A stretch of DNA of 41,739 nt from an uncultured Candidatus Saccharibacteria bacterium. Its GTDB lineage: Bacteria; Patescibacteriota; Minisyncoccia; 2-02-FULL-40-12; IGHO2-12-FULL-4. Numbering within the stretch: position 1 is the first letter of the stretch; the number at the start of each line of letters is the position of its first letter. A program made the position numbers and the translations under genes. Location of the stretch: positions 1-41,739 of the forward strand of contig CAZOKW010000004.1 of assembly GCA_964580765.1 (NCBI GenBank), written 5' to 3'. Shown piece by piece: positions 28,858-36,435 of the stretch. Below the pieces are notes generated by a model. The model was not told the origin of the DNA. It was given only the letters and a program-made list of their open reading frames with translations, and ran no database searches.

Positions 28858-30224
28858 GGTTTGAAAACTATCTCGTTTTTTTCCAAAACAACAGTAATTT
28901 TTTTATGGCCGGTTAATTGGCCGGTGGTGAGCAGGTTTCCTATTGGATCGACCAGATATTTTTTAAAACAATCTTGGAGTGATTTAACCTGCTCTTCTGG
29001 TTTTTTGGCTGTTTCTTCTAAAATAAAATCTTTCACCGGCTGGCTTATCTCCAGTGCCAGAGGGACTTTGGCTAGAAATAAAGTCAATTCTTCTATTTGA
29101 ATTTCCAGGATATCTTTAAAATTCTGTGGAGAAAGAATGTTAAATGTAACAATTCCATCCAAGCGATTAAGGAATTCTTGGCTGAAAAGTTTTTTCAATT
29201 CTTTTTTGACCAATTTCTCTAAACTGATTTTGTTGGAGGCAAAACCGATTCCGGCCACGCCCTTGGTAGCTTTGCTGATCAGTTTACTGCCGATGTTGGA
29301 GGTCAGAATAATGTAGGAATGGCTTAAGTCCACCTCGTCTCCGTTTCCCAAGACGGCTTGACCTTCTTCCATCAAATGCAATAGGAACTGCCGGACTGTT
29401 TCATGGGCTTTTTCAATTTCATCAAAAATTATAATGAGGATTGGCTCTTCTTTGGGGTTCACTTCAGCCGACCGGCGTATTTCTGCTTTTTTTGAGGCCG
29501 GTTTGGTTGGTGGAGTGGGGTTAGCTATTTCGGAGTTTTTCAGCAGTTGTAAAGCGGTTTCGGTAAAAGAGACAGTCAGCAGATTGCGAAGCGTTTGAAG
29601 AATTACCCTTTGTTCTTTTAAGTTTTCTTTTTTTTCAAATAACTCCATGCCGCTTATTTTTGAGTTTTTTAAGTTGGAAAAATGCCGGTCAATGTTTTTC
29701 AGTGCCTGTTCGATCAAAGCCAGTTTATCGAGGTCGGTGGAAAAAAGATCAACTTTTTCCACCAACTCCCCCTCTCTTTTTTCCATTTTGTTACTTTCGG
29801 AACTCTCGATTGACGGCTTGGTCTGGTAGCCTGGGATTTTGGCATAGAGTTTTTCTTTGGAAAGAATCGGCTTTTCGCCATAACCGATATAACCCGGAGG
29901 AGCGCCGATTAATTTGGCGATTTCATGCCTCTCTTGGTAGCTGACGCAATCAATTAGAGTAACGGCTTTTTTGGTACCGTGGAATTTTTTAGCTAAAATA
30001 CGGCCAGCCTCGGTTTTACCGGTCCGGGAAGGACCTAAAAAAAGGAATACCCCGATTGGTCTCTTTTTGTCCTCATCGTTAAGTTTTTTTACGCCGCTTT
30101 GGAAAGAAGCATAGGCCTGGGCTAAAACTTTAATGGCCTGCGGTTGGCCTTTAATATATCTGCCTAAAAATTCCTCCAGTTCCTGCATGGCTGGAGGTTT
30201 GAGGTTTGGATTTAAAGATGTCAT
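28854..30224 (-). CDS. Stand-alone Clp/Hsp100 D2-type AAA+ ATPase with large internal insertion
   Basis: IKGQ..A, RPIG.FLFLGPSRTGKTE (Walker A), KLIGAPPGYIGY pore loop, FDEIEKAH (Walker B), ILTSN, EFLNRLD. Confidence 0.8.
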   Translation of the reverse strand: MTSLNPNLKPPAMQELEEFLGRYIKGQPQAIKVLAQAYASFQSGVKKLNDEDKKRPIGVFLFLGPSRTGKTEAGRILAKKFHGTKKAVTLIDCVSYQERHEIAKLIGAPPGYIGYGEKPILSKEKLYAKIPGYQTKPSIESSESNKMEKREGELVEKVDLFSTDLDKLALIEQALKNIDRHFSNLKNSKISGMELFEKKENLKEQRVILQTLRNLLTVSFTETALQLLKNSEIANPTPPTKPASKKAEIRRSAEVNPKEEPILIIIFDEIEKAHETVRQFLLHLMEEGQAVLGNGDEVDLSHSYIILTSNIGSKLISKATKGVAGIGFASNKISLEKLVKKELKKLFSQEFLNRLDGIVTFNILSPQNFKDILEIQIEELTLFLAKVPLALEISQPVKDFILEETAKKPEEQVKSLQDCFKKYLVDPIGNLLTTGQLTGHKKITVVLEKNEIVFKP

Positions 30225-30355
30225 CGTTTCCCCCAGTTTTTTAAGGTTCCAATTTAATTTTATCCTAGCAACTAACGTCCGTTTTGTCTACAAACAGAAA
30301 GCCCCAATGGGGCGAAATAAAGGAGATGAGATGCCGTTAGCAAACGGCGCTATCA

Positions 30356-31684
30356 CTATCTGCCGGATTGTTTCAAGACAATATTGATGGTCTTAAGGAT
30401 GACGGAAAAATCAAGAATTAAAGAGCGGTGTTTGATATAAAACAAATCATATTGTAATTTTTCAGCGGCGTCTTTGATGGTACTGCCATAGCGGTATTGC
30501 ACTTGGGCCCAGCCGGTTAATCCCGGCTTGATTAAATACCGCTCCTCATAAAAGGGTATTTCATTTTTAAGCTGGTCATGGAATTCCGGCCGTTCCGCTC
30601 GCGGTCCGACAAAAGCCATGTCATCTTTGAGAATATTCCAGAGTTGAGGAATTTCATCCAGTCGGGTTTTTCTTAAAAACCTGCCTATTTTGGTGATGCG
30701 CGGGTCGTTTTCTTGGGCCCAGACCGCCCCGCTGGCACCCTCGGCGCTGCCATCGGGAGCATTGGCAATCATGGTGCGGAATTTAATGATGTTGAATTTC
30801 CGGCCCAATTGTCCGACTCTGGTCTGGCGGAAAAAAACCGGACCGCGCGAGGATAGTTTGATGGCCAGAGCAATAAAGGGGATGAGGAACAAAGCGATGA
30901 CACCAAAAATGACAGAAAAAATGATATCAAATATTCTTTTGAAAACTTCGTAAAAATTTTTGCCTCCTTCAGAAAGGTTTTCCAAAAACCAGGCCTGATC
31001 AATGTGGCTCAAAATTACCTTTTGACTGATTTGTTCGTAAAAACTGGAGAGGTGGTAAAAGTTTATTTTTTTGGGGATAAGCTGGTAAAACGCTTCAATC
31101 ATTCCCGGAGTTTGGTAGGTTTCCGGACTAATGATGATGGTGCTGATCTTCTTTTCTTCTACTGTTTTTTTGAGCTGATCCAAGTCAGAGATGGCAAAAA
31201 TTGATTCTAAGTGGTAACCAAGCTGTGGATTATTTCTAAGGAGTTTGGCCATTTCTTCGGATTGCTCATTTAGCCCCACAATCAAAGTAGGTCGGCTGAA
31301 CTTGCTGGCGGCGATAATATTATTAAAAATACTTCTGGCCAAAAAATCTAGTCCGGCGAAGAAAACCAAAAAAATGAAAAAGTTTCTGCGTGGAGCGATG
31401 CCGAACAAGGGGATCAGGTAAAAGAAGACCATGCCGATAACGGCGTTAATAATCAAAACGCGGAAAAAATTAGCATAAAAGACCGGGCCATTCTTTAAGA
31501 CATGAATTTCATAAAAATTAGCAATGTAAAAAACAAACAACCAAACTATAAAAAGAATGGTAAACGGGGCTAAGTGTAAACCGAGTGAAGTCCACCAGCC
31601 ATATTGGTAGCGTGCCAAAAGAGTCAGCCAGAGAGCGGCGTAGAGGATCGCTATATCTACCAGCACTAAAACAAACTTCTTCAT
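30356..31684 (-). CDS. Polyprenyl glycosylphosphotransferase (priming sugar transferase, WbaP/WcaJ-like)
   Basis: KRIFD, GPVFF.Q.RVG, KFRTM, DPRIT..G.FLR..RLDE.PQ, VGPR.ER, KPGLTGWAQV. Confidence 0.92.
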   Translation of the reverse strand: MKKFVLVLVDIAILYAALWLTLLARYQYGWWTSLGLHLAPFTILFIVWLFVFYIANFYEIHVLKNGPVFYANFFRVLIINAVIGMVFFYLIPLFGIAPRRNFFIFLVFFAGLDFLARSIFNNIIAASKFSRPTLIVGLNEQSEEMAKLLRNNPQLGYHLESIFAISDLDQLKKTVEEKKISTIIISPETYQTPGMIEAFYQLIPKKINFYHLSSFYEQISQKVILSHIDQAWFLENLSEGGKNFYEVFKRIFDIIFSVIFGVIALFLIPFIALAIKLSSRGPVFFRQTRVGQLGRKFNIIKFRTMIANAPDGSAEGASGAVWAQENDPRITKIGRFLRKTRLDEIPQLWNILKDDMAFVGPRAERPEFHDQLKNEIPFYEERYLIKPGLTGWAQVQYRYGSTIKDAAEKLQYDLFYIKHRSLILDFSVILKTINIVLKQSGR

Positions 31685-31728
31685 ATTAATGACGGTTATT
31701 GCCTTTATAATACGCTATTTTACGGCTA

Positions 31729-31757
31729 TTGTCCACTAATTTATTTTGTGATATGCT
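31729..31757 (+). promoter_or_regulatory. Putative sigma70 promoter
   Basis: TTGTCC-17 bp-TATGCT with extended TG. Confidence 0.5.
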
Positions 31758-31797
31758 CCGAGCTATTAATTAGGGCTCTTTAAAAACGGAGAAATAA

Positions 31798-32751
31798 ATG
31801 TCGGAAAAGATAAAAATAGGCATTATTGGCCTTGGAATGGTGGGTACGCCCATTAAGCGGTGGTTTGAAGAAGTTCGCGGATACAAGAGAGGTCAAGACC
31901 TTTTTTGTTATGACACGGATCCAAAGATGGGCTATTTTGACGATGTAAATAACGCTGATGTTATTTTTGTAGCCGTGCCGACTCCGCCCAACCCTGATGG
32001 AAGTTGCAATATCTCCATTGTTGATAATGCCCTTTCCAGATTAGCGGGGCACAAAATAGTGGTGATTAAATCAACTATTCCGCCGGGCACGACAGAAATG
32101 TTTCAACAGAAGTATCCCCGCTGGAGGATTCTTTTTAATCCGGAATTCTTGACTGAATCCCGGGCCTGGGAAGATTTTTTGCATCCCACCCGCCAACTGA
32201 TTGGCTATACCGAGAAAAGCAAGGGCGACTCTGCGATAGTTTTAAATCTTTTACCGCAAGGAAACTTTTCCAGTCCTTGGGCGGCGGATTACTCGCGATT
32301 TGAGTTAACGGCCACTGAAGCGGAGTTTGTGAAATACTTTTCCAATGTCTTTGGGGCGGTCAAGGTTACTTTAGCCAATATCTTTTATGATGTGTGTGAG
32401 GCGATGTCCAAGCAATCCGAGTTGGATGTGGACTACGAAAATATTCGAACGGCAGTTGGGGCCGATCCGAGGATTGGCCCGTCTTGGCTGGATGTGCATC
32501 ACGGCGTTTGCCGGGGATATACCGGATTTTGTTTTCCCAAGGACATGAACGGGTTTATCGCTTTCGGTGAGCAGTTAGTTCGAGGAAGCCGGGATGGTGC
32601 GATTCAAACTGCTCTTTTGTCTTGCGGTGTAGACGGGGTTTTGAGTGCAGTTAGAAGATATAACACGGCATTATTGATGTCCCAAAATCGGACGGAAGAG
32701 GATGTCTCCAAGCATGACAAAGACATTACTTTGAAAAAGGAGGAATTATGA
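31798..32751 (+). CDS. UDP-glucose/GDP-mannose dehydrogenase family protein (short form)
   Basis: GLGMVG, VPTP, KST..PG, NPEFL, AE..K...N, G..G.CFPKD; lacks C-terminal nucleotide-binding domain. Confidence 0.8.
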   Translation: MSEKIKIGIIGLGMVGTPIKRWFEEVRGYKRGQDLFCYDTDPKMGYFDDVNNADVIFVAVPTPPNPDGSCNISIVDNALSRLAGHKIVVIKSTIPPGTTEMFQQKYPRWRILFNPEFLTESRAWEDFLHPTRQLIGYTEKSKGDSAIVLNLLPQGNFSSPWAADYSRFELTATEAEFVKYFSNVFGAVKVTLANIFYDVCEAMSKQSELDVDYENIRTAVGADPRIGPSWLDVHHGVCRGYTGFCFPKDMNGFIAFGEQLVRGSRDGAIQTALLSCGVDGVLSAVRRYNTALLMSQNRTEEDVSKHDKDITLKKEEL

Positions 32752-33671
32752 ATAGCACGCGCGTGGTCGTAACCGGGGGAGCCGGATTTATCGGTTCACA
32801 TTTGACCGACAAACTAGTGGCTAGAGGATATGATGTGCTAGTGATTGACAACATGTCTTTAGGAAAAAAGTGCAATCTTAATTCAAAAGCCAATTTTTAC
32901 CAGGAAGACATCAGGAATCTCAAAGAGCTGAGATGGATTTTCTGGGGAGTGGATTATGTTTTTCATTGTGCGGCCATGCCGCGCATTCAGCCGTCCATTA
33001 AAAATCCGGACGAATCCTTCACCAATAACTTACTGGGAACACATAATGTGCTAATGGCGGCCAAAGAGGCGGGAGTGAAAAGAGTGATTTACTCCGGTTC
33101 TTCTTCGGTTTATGGCGATCAGCCGGAATTACCTTTGTGTGAAAACATGACTCCCAGACCGAAAAACCCTTATGCCTATGACAAGTGGCAAGCAGAAGAA
33201 CGATGTTTAATGTTTTGGAAGTTATTTCAGATGCCAGTGGTGTGTTTGCGTTACTTCAATGTTTTTGGAGAGCGGCAGTCAACAGAGGGGGCTTATGCCA
33301 CGGTGGTGGGAATTTTCCTTCGTCAAAAAGAAAGAGGCGAACCGTTGACCATTGTCGGAGATGGCAAACAACGGCGCGACTTTACTTATGTGGCGGATGT
33401 GGTGGAAGCTAACATTAGTGCCATGGAATCTGCCGAGGCTGTAGGGCAGGTCATTAATATCGGCACCGGCGCGAATTACTCCGTCAATGAATTGGCTGAC
33501 TTAGTTGATTATTTAGGGGGTAAGATGGTAGGTAAGAAACATTTGCCGTCCCGTCCTGGTGAGGCCCAAGAAACTTTGGCCGATATTTCCAAAGCGCAGA
33601 GATTGCTTAATTTCAAACCGACCATCTCTTTGAAGGATTGGATTAAATTGGGCGGGAAAACGGCCGGCTAG
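32748..33671 (+). CDS. NAD-dependent nucleotide-sugar epimerase/dehydratase
   Basis: TGGAGFIGSH, SSSVYG, YAYDK, LRYFNVFG, GDG.Q.RDF. Confidence 0.9.
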   Translation: MNSTRVVVTGGAGFIGSHLTDKLVARGYDVLVIDNMSLGKKCNLNSKANFYQEDIRNLKELRWIFWGVDYVFHCAAMPRIQPSIKNPDESFTNNLLGTHNVLMAAKEAGVKRVIYSGSSSVYGDQPELPLCENMTPRPKNPYAYDKWQAEERCLMFWKLFQMPVVCLRYFNVFGERQSTEGAYATVVGIFLRQKERGEPLTIVGDGKQRRDFTYVADVVEANISAMESAEAVGQVINIGTGANYSVNELADLVDYLGGKMVGKKHLPSRPGEAQETLADISKAQRLLNFKPTISLKDWIKLGGKTAG

Positions 33672-33689
33672 TATGTTATAATCATCTCA

Positions 33690-35621
33690 ATGACAATGCT
33701 CCAGAAAAAACTTCTAGGTTCAGTCGCAGCGGTATTATTCACGATACCGCTTTTTGTTTACCCCGAGTTATATCGAGGGGTTTTCATCCAATCTGCTAAA
33801 GCGGCCACCACGGTAGACGGTTACAGTCCGCAGTCCTTTTTCATCAGCAGTGATTATGAATTCAGCGGCCGCACCCAACTCCAAGCTACTTTACGGGTGG
33901 AAGGGGAAAAGGCCAAGTTTTTTATTGATGACGATTACTGGTTTGCTCGCGATTCTTCGGTTCAACAAGTGATTAGACAGCAAGTGCTCAAACTGGCTGA
34001 AGAATTTGATACGCGAATTTATCCGTTAGAAACCGCTTTCTGGGGACAAGAAAATATTCCCGGTGTAGACAATGATCCAAAAGTGGTAGTGCTATTGGCC
34101 AATCTGATTGATACGGCGGGAGGATATTTTGATACCGCCCATCAATTTTCCAAAACAAAATTTCCGGATTCCAATGAAAAAGATATGGTCTATTTAAATA
34201 TCCGGTCTTTGCGTAATGAGAAAAGAGGGTTTGCTTTTTTAGCCCATGAATTTCAACATCTCATCGCTTTAAATCAAAAAAATCTTCTGCGCCGCGCCGA
34301 TGACGACATCTGGTTAAACGAATTGCGTTCGGAATACTCTATCTCCCTGCTTGGTTATAATGATCTCTATGCCGATTCCAATCTCAAAAGAAGGATGATA
34401 TCTTTTTTGGGCGAACCATCGGATAGTTTAACTGAGTGGGGCAATCAAGCGGCCGATTACGCCCAAGTGGTTTTTTTTGGCGAATATTTGACGGAGCATT
34501 TTGGCTCTAATCTTTTGAAACAGTCCTTGCATTCCGGTTTGGATGGTATTGCTTCTTTGGAACAAGTTTTGCGGGATAACGGTTACCAACTTAATTTCGG
34601 AGATGTTTTTTTGCGCTGGTCTGCGGCTAATGTTTTAGGCGATCTTTTGTTGGGCAGCGACTACGGTTATTTCCGGGAAGGATTACGGCAGGAACTGCGC
34701 GTTCCCGCCACCCGTACCATTGCCGGTCTTAGCGAGAATGCCGGTTTTTCCCTGACCGAGGCCTTCAAAGATTGGCAGACCAAATGGATTTGGATTACGG
34801 ATATTTCCAGAGGAACTAAAAATACGCTGAAAATAAATTTTAGCGGAGAGAAGGAGGATTTTTTCCGCGGAACCGTTATTAGTTTTTATCAAGATGGCCG
34901 GCGGGAAGTGAAATTTTTTGATTTAAGCCAGCCGGGACCGGGTGATTTATTTTTCGATTTTAATCTCGGTACGCCCGGACAAGGATTGGAGAAAATAATT
35001 CTTCTTCCGGTGAAAATGGAAAAGAAAAATAACTTTACAGATAAAGAACCTTTGTCTGATTTGACGATTAAACTGGAGAGAGTTTTGTCGGTTTCTTTTC
35101 CTCTGCCAACTCCCACTCCAAATTTGACTCCCATCACTACTCCCAGTCCCGCTATCCAACTAAACATACTTGCAGTTCGGCCGGCTGATTTTGGTTTGCG
35201 GGAGGGCGATTTTATCAGAGCGGAAGGGGATATTGATGTCTATATTATTAATGACTTTGGATTTAAGCGCTTAGTTTTAAATCCGCAGATCTGTCTTTTA
35301 TACGGCCATTTAAGCACCCGCACTGCTCTGCGAAGTACTTCGCTACGCAGCACGAGTGGTTGTTTTGGGGCGGTCAAGGTCGTTTCACCCCAAGTACGGG
35401 ATGCTTTTAAGACCTCTTTGTTTTTTACCGACGGAGAAAATAAAGATGGACGCATTTATTTTTTAGAATTAACCGGAGAGGATAGCGCTGTCTTGCGTTT
35501 TATAAATATGTCCGGAGACGATTTTATTCGGCAAGGCGGAAATTTTTCCTCCGTGTTTCTTTTTAACACTCGCGAAAAAAATACTTACCCCTTAGGAGAG
35601 AACATCAGAAAGCTAAACTAA
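33690..35621 (+). CDS. Secreted/surface zinc metallopeptidase (M30/M6-like HExxH) with Pro/Thr linker
   Basis: N-terminal signal/TM, GYF, AHEFQH zinc motif, WLNE third ligand, PTPTP linker, C-terminal domain. Confidence 0.7.
   Translation: MTMLQKKLLGSVAAVLFTIPLFVYPELYRGVFIQSAKAATTVDGYSPQSFFISSDYEFSGRTQLQATLRVEGEKAKFFIDDDYWFARDSSVQQVIRQQVLKLAEEFDTRIYPLETAFWGQENIPGVDNDPKVVVLLANLIDTAGGYFDTAHQFSKTKFPDSNEKDMVYLNIRSLRNEKRGFAFLAHEFQHLIALNQKNLLRRADDDIWLNELRSEYSISLLGYNDLYADSNLKRRMISFLGEPSDSLTEWGNQAADYAQVVFFGEYLTEHFGSNLLKQSLHSGLDGIASLEQVLRDNGYQLNFGDVFLRWSAANVLGDLLLGSDYGYFREGLRQELRVPATRTIAGLSENAGFSLTEAFKDWQTKWIWITDISRGTKNTLKINFSGEKEDFFRGTVISFYQDGRREVKFFDLSQPGPGDLFFDFNLGTPGQGLEKIILLPVKMEKKNNFTDKEPLSDLTIKLERVLSVSFPLPTPTPNLTPITTPSPAIQLNILAVRPADFGLREGDFIRAEGDIDVYIINDFGFKRLVLNPQICLLYGHLSTRTALRSTSLRSTSGCFGAVKVVSPQVRDAFKTSLFFTDGENKDGRIYFLELTGEDSAVLRFINMSGDDFIRQGGNFSSVFLFNTREKNTYPLGENIRKLN
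35315..35358. repeat. Palindromic insertion inside peptidase CDS
   Basis: CACCCG-ca-CTGC-tct-GCGAAGTACTTCGC-tac-GCAG-ca-CGAGTG. Confidence 0.65.
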
Positions 35622-35722
35622 AACTTTAAAAATAGATTGGAGGCGGAGGGGAACACTTTTTTTGAGCACCGTCGAATAAAAAAGTATGTTCACCGGAGCA
35701 TCCCAAATCTATTTTTAAAGTT
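35622..35722. repeat. Hairpin element family II, copy 1
   Basis: 66-bp core 35638-35703 identical to 36358-36423; outer arms AACTTTAAAAATAGATT/AATCTATTTTTAAAGTT. Confidence 0.9.
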
Positions 35723-35755
35723 ATCAACAAATTTTCTATTGTAATAAAACTTTTG

Positions 35756-35764
35756 TGCTATAAT
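35756..35764 (+). promoter_or_regulatory. Extended -10 promoter
   Basis: TGcTATAAT. Confidence 0.5.
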
Positions 35765-35894
35765 TAAATCAGTTAATTTATTTATTGTAGAAAATAATTG
35801 CAACAGTTTGGTCGGCTGTTGCAAAATTAAGGAGGGATAGCATTTAATTTTTTCTCTGCGAAGATAAAAAATTGAAGGCCTTACCTAATACACG

Positions 35895-35942
35895 ATGGCA
35901 GCCAAGAAAAAAAAAGGTGGAAAGAAGAAAAAGAGAATCTAA
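35895..35942 (+). CDS. Tiny Lys-rich peptide MAAKKKKGGKKKKRI
   Basis: 15-codon ORF between an extended -10 promoter and a strong terminator; not in ORF track. Confidence 0.45.
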   Translation: MAAKKKKGGKKKKRI

Positions 35943-35951
35943 CTTTTTCAC

Positions 35952-35982
35952 AACCCCCCGCAATTGCGGGGGGTTTGATTTT
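35952..35982 (+). terminator. Intrinsic terminator
   Basis: AACCCCCCGC-aatt-GCGGGGGGTT + TGATTTT. Confidence 0.75.
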
Positions 35983-36003
35983 GGGAGTATCTTGGGCTAT
36001 AAT
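35975..36003 (+). promoter_or_regulatory. Leaderless promoter of raiA/hpf
   Basis: TTGATT-17 bp-TATAAT, 7 nt before ATG 36011. Confidence 0.65.
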
Positions 36004-36010
36004 TTTCACT

Positions 36011-36349
36011 ATGAAATATATTCTACAGTCCACGAATACAACCATTTCCGACAGTATCCAGGCTCTGATTGACAGTAAAATTAAAGCCCTGGAACATTTT
36101 ATTTCCCGTTTTGATCCGGAAACGGTTGAAGCCAGAATTGAAGTCGGTAAGCCCTCCCGGCATCACCAGACGGGTCTGGTTTTCTATGCCGAGATCAACT
36201 TAAAAATACCCGGTAAACTTTTACGGGCAGAAGCCACTCATTTGGATTTGTTGTCGGCGGTCAACGAGGCCTTCAAAGAAGTTGAGAGGCAGGTTAAAGA
36301 TTATAAGGAGAAGATGATTACAAAAAATAAACCTCGGAAACAAATATAA
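36011..36349 (+). CDS. raiA: Ribosome hibernation promoting factor / ribosome-associated inhibitor A
   Basis: K...L..F, AEINL.IPG..LRAE, D...A.......ERQ...YK; adjacent to secA. Confidence 0.85.
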   Translation: MKYILQSTNTTISDSIQALIDSKIKALEHFISRFDPETVEARIEVGKPSRHHQTGLVFYAEINLKIPGKLLRAEATHLDLLSAVNEAFKEVERQVKDYKEKMITKNKPRKQI

Positions 36350-36352
36350 AAC

Positions 36353-36429
36353 TGGACTGGAGGCGGAGGGGAACACTTTTTTTGAGCACCGTCGAATAAA
36401 AAAGTATGTTCACCGGAGCATCCAGTCCA
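36353..36429. repeat. Hairpin element family II, copy 2
   Basis: Identical 66-bp core; outer arms TGGACTGGA/TCCAGTCCA. Confidence 0.9.
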
Positions 36430-36435
36430 ATCCTA

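Noticed and set aside
35638-35652. TGGAGGCGGAGGGGA resembles the reverse complement of a tRNA/tmRNA 3' end (att site)
   Set aside because: No T-arm (TTCGA) at the right spacing and no cloverleaf; no integrase nearby.
35765-36010. raiA-motif RNA upstream of raiA
   Set aside because: Region is AT-rich with one simple hairpin and is separated from raiA by a terminator and promoter; no basis for the call without an Rfam search.
35638-36423. Two identical repeats as a CRISPR array
   Set aside because: Only two copies, 66 bp long, separated by 654 bp containing genes; no cas genes.
35622-36429. Integron attC sites
   Set aside because: No convincing RYYYAAC/GTTRRRY boxes on both copies, no integrase, and neighbours are core genes; only a structural analogy is retained.
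36406-36435. secA start at 36406 (and extended starts at 76, 16204, 25467, 35975)
   Set aside because: These extensions come from repeats, promoters or upstream genes; downstream ATGs fit family N-termini better.
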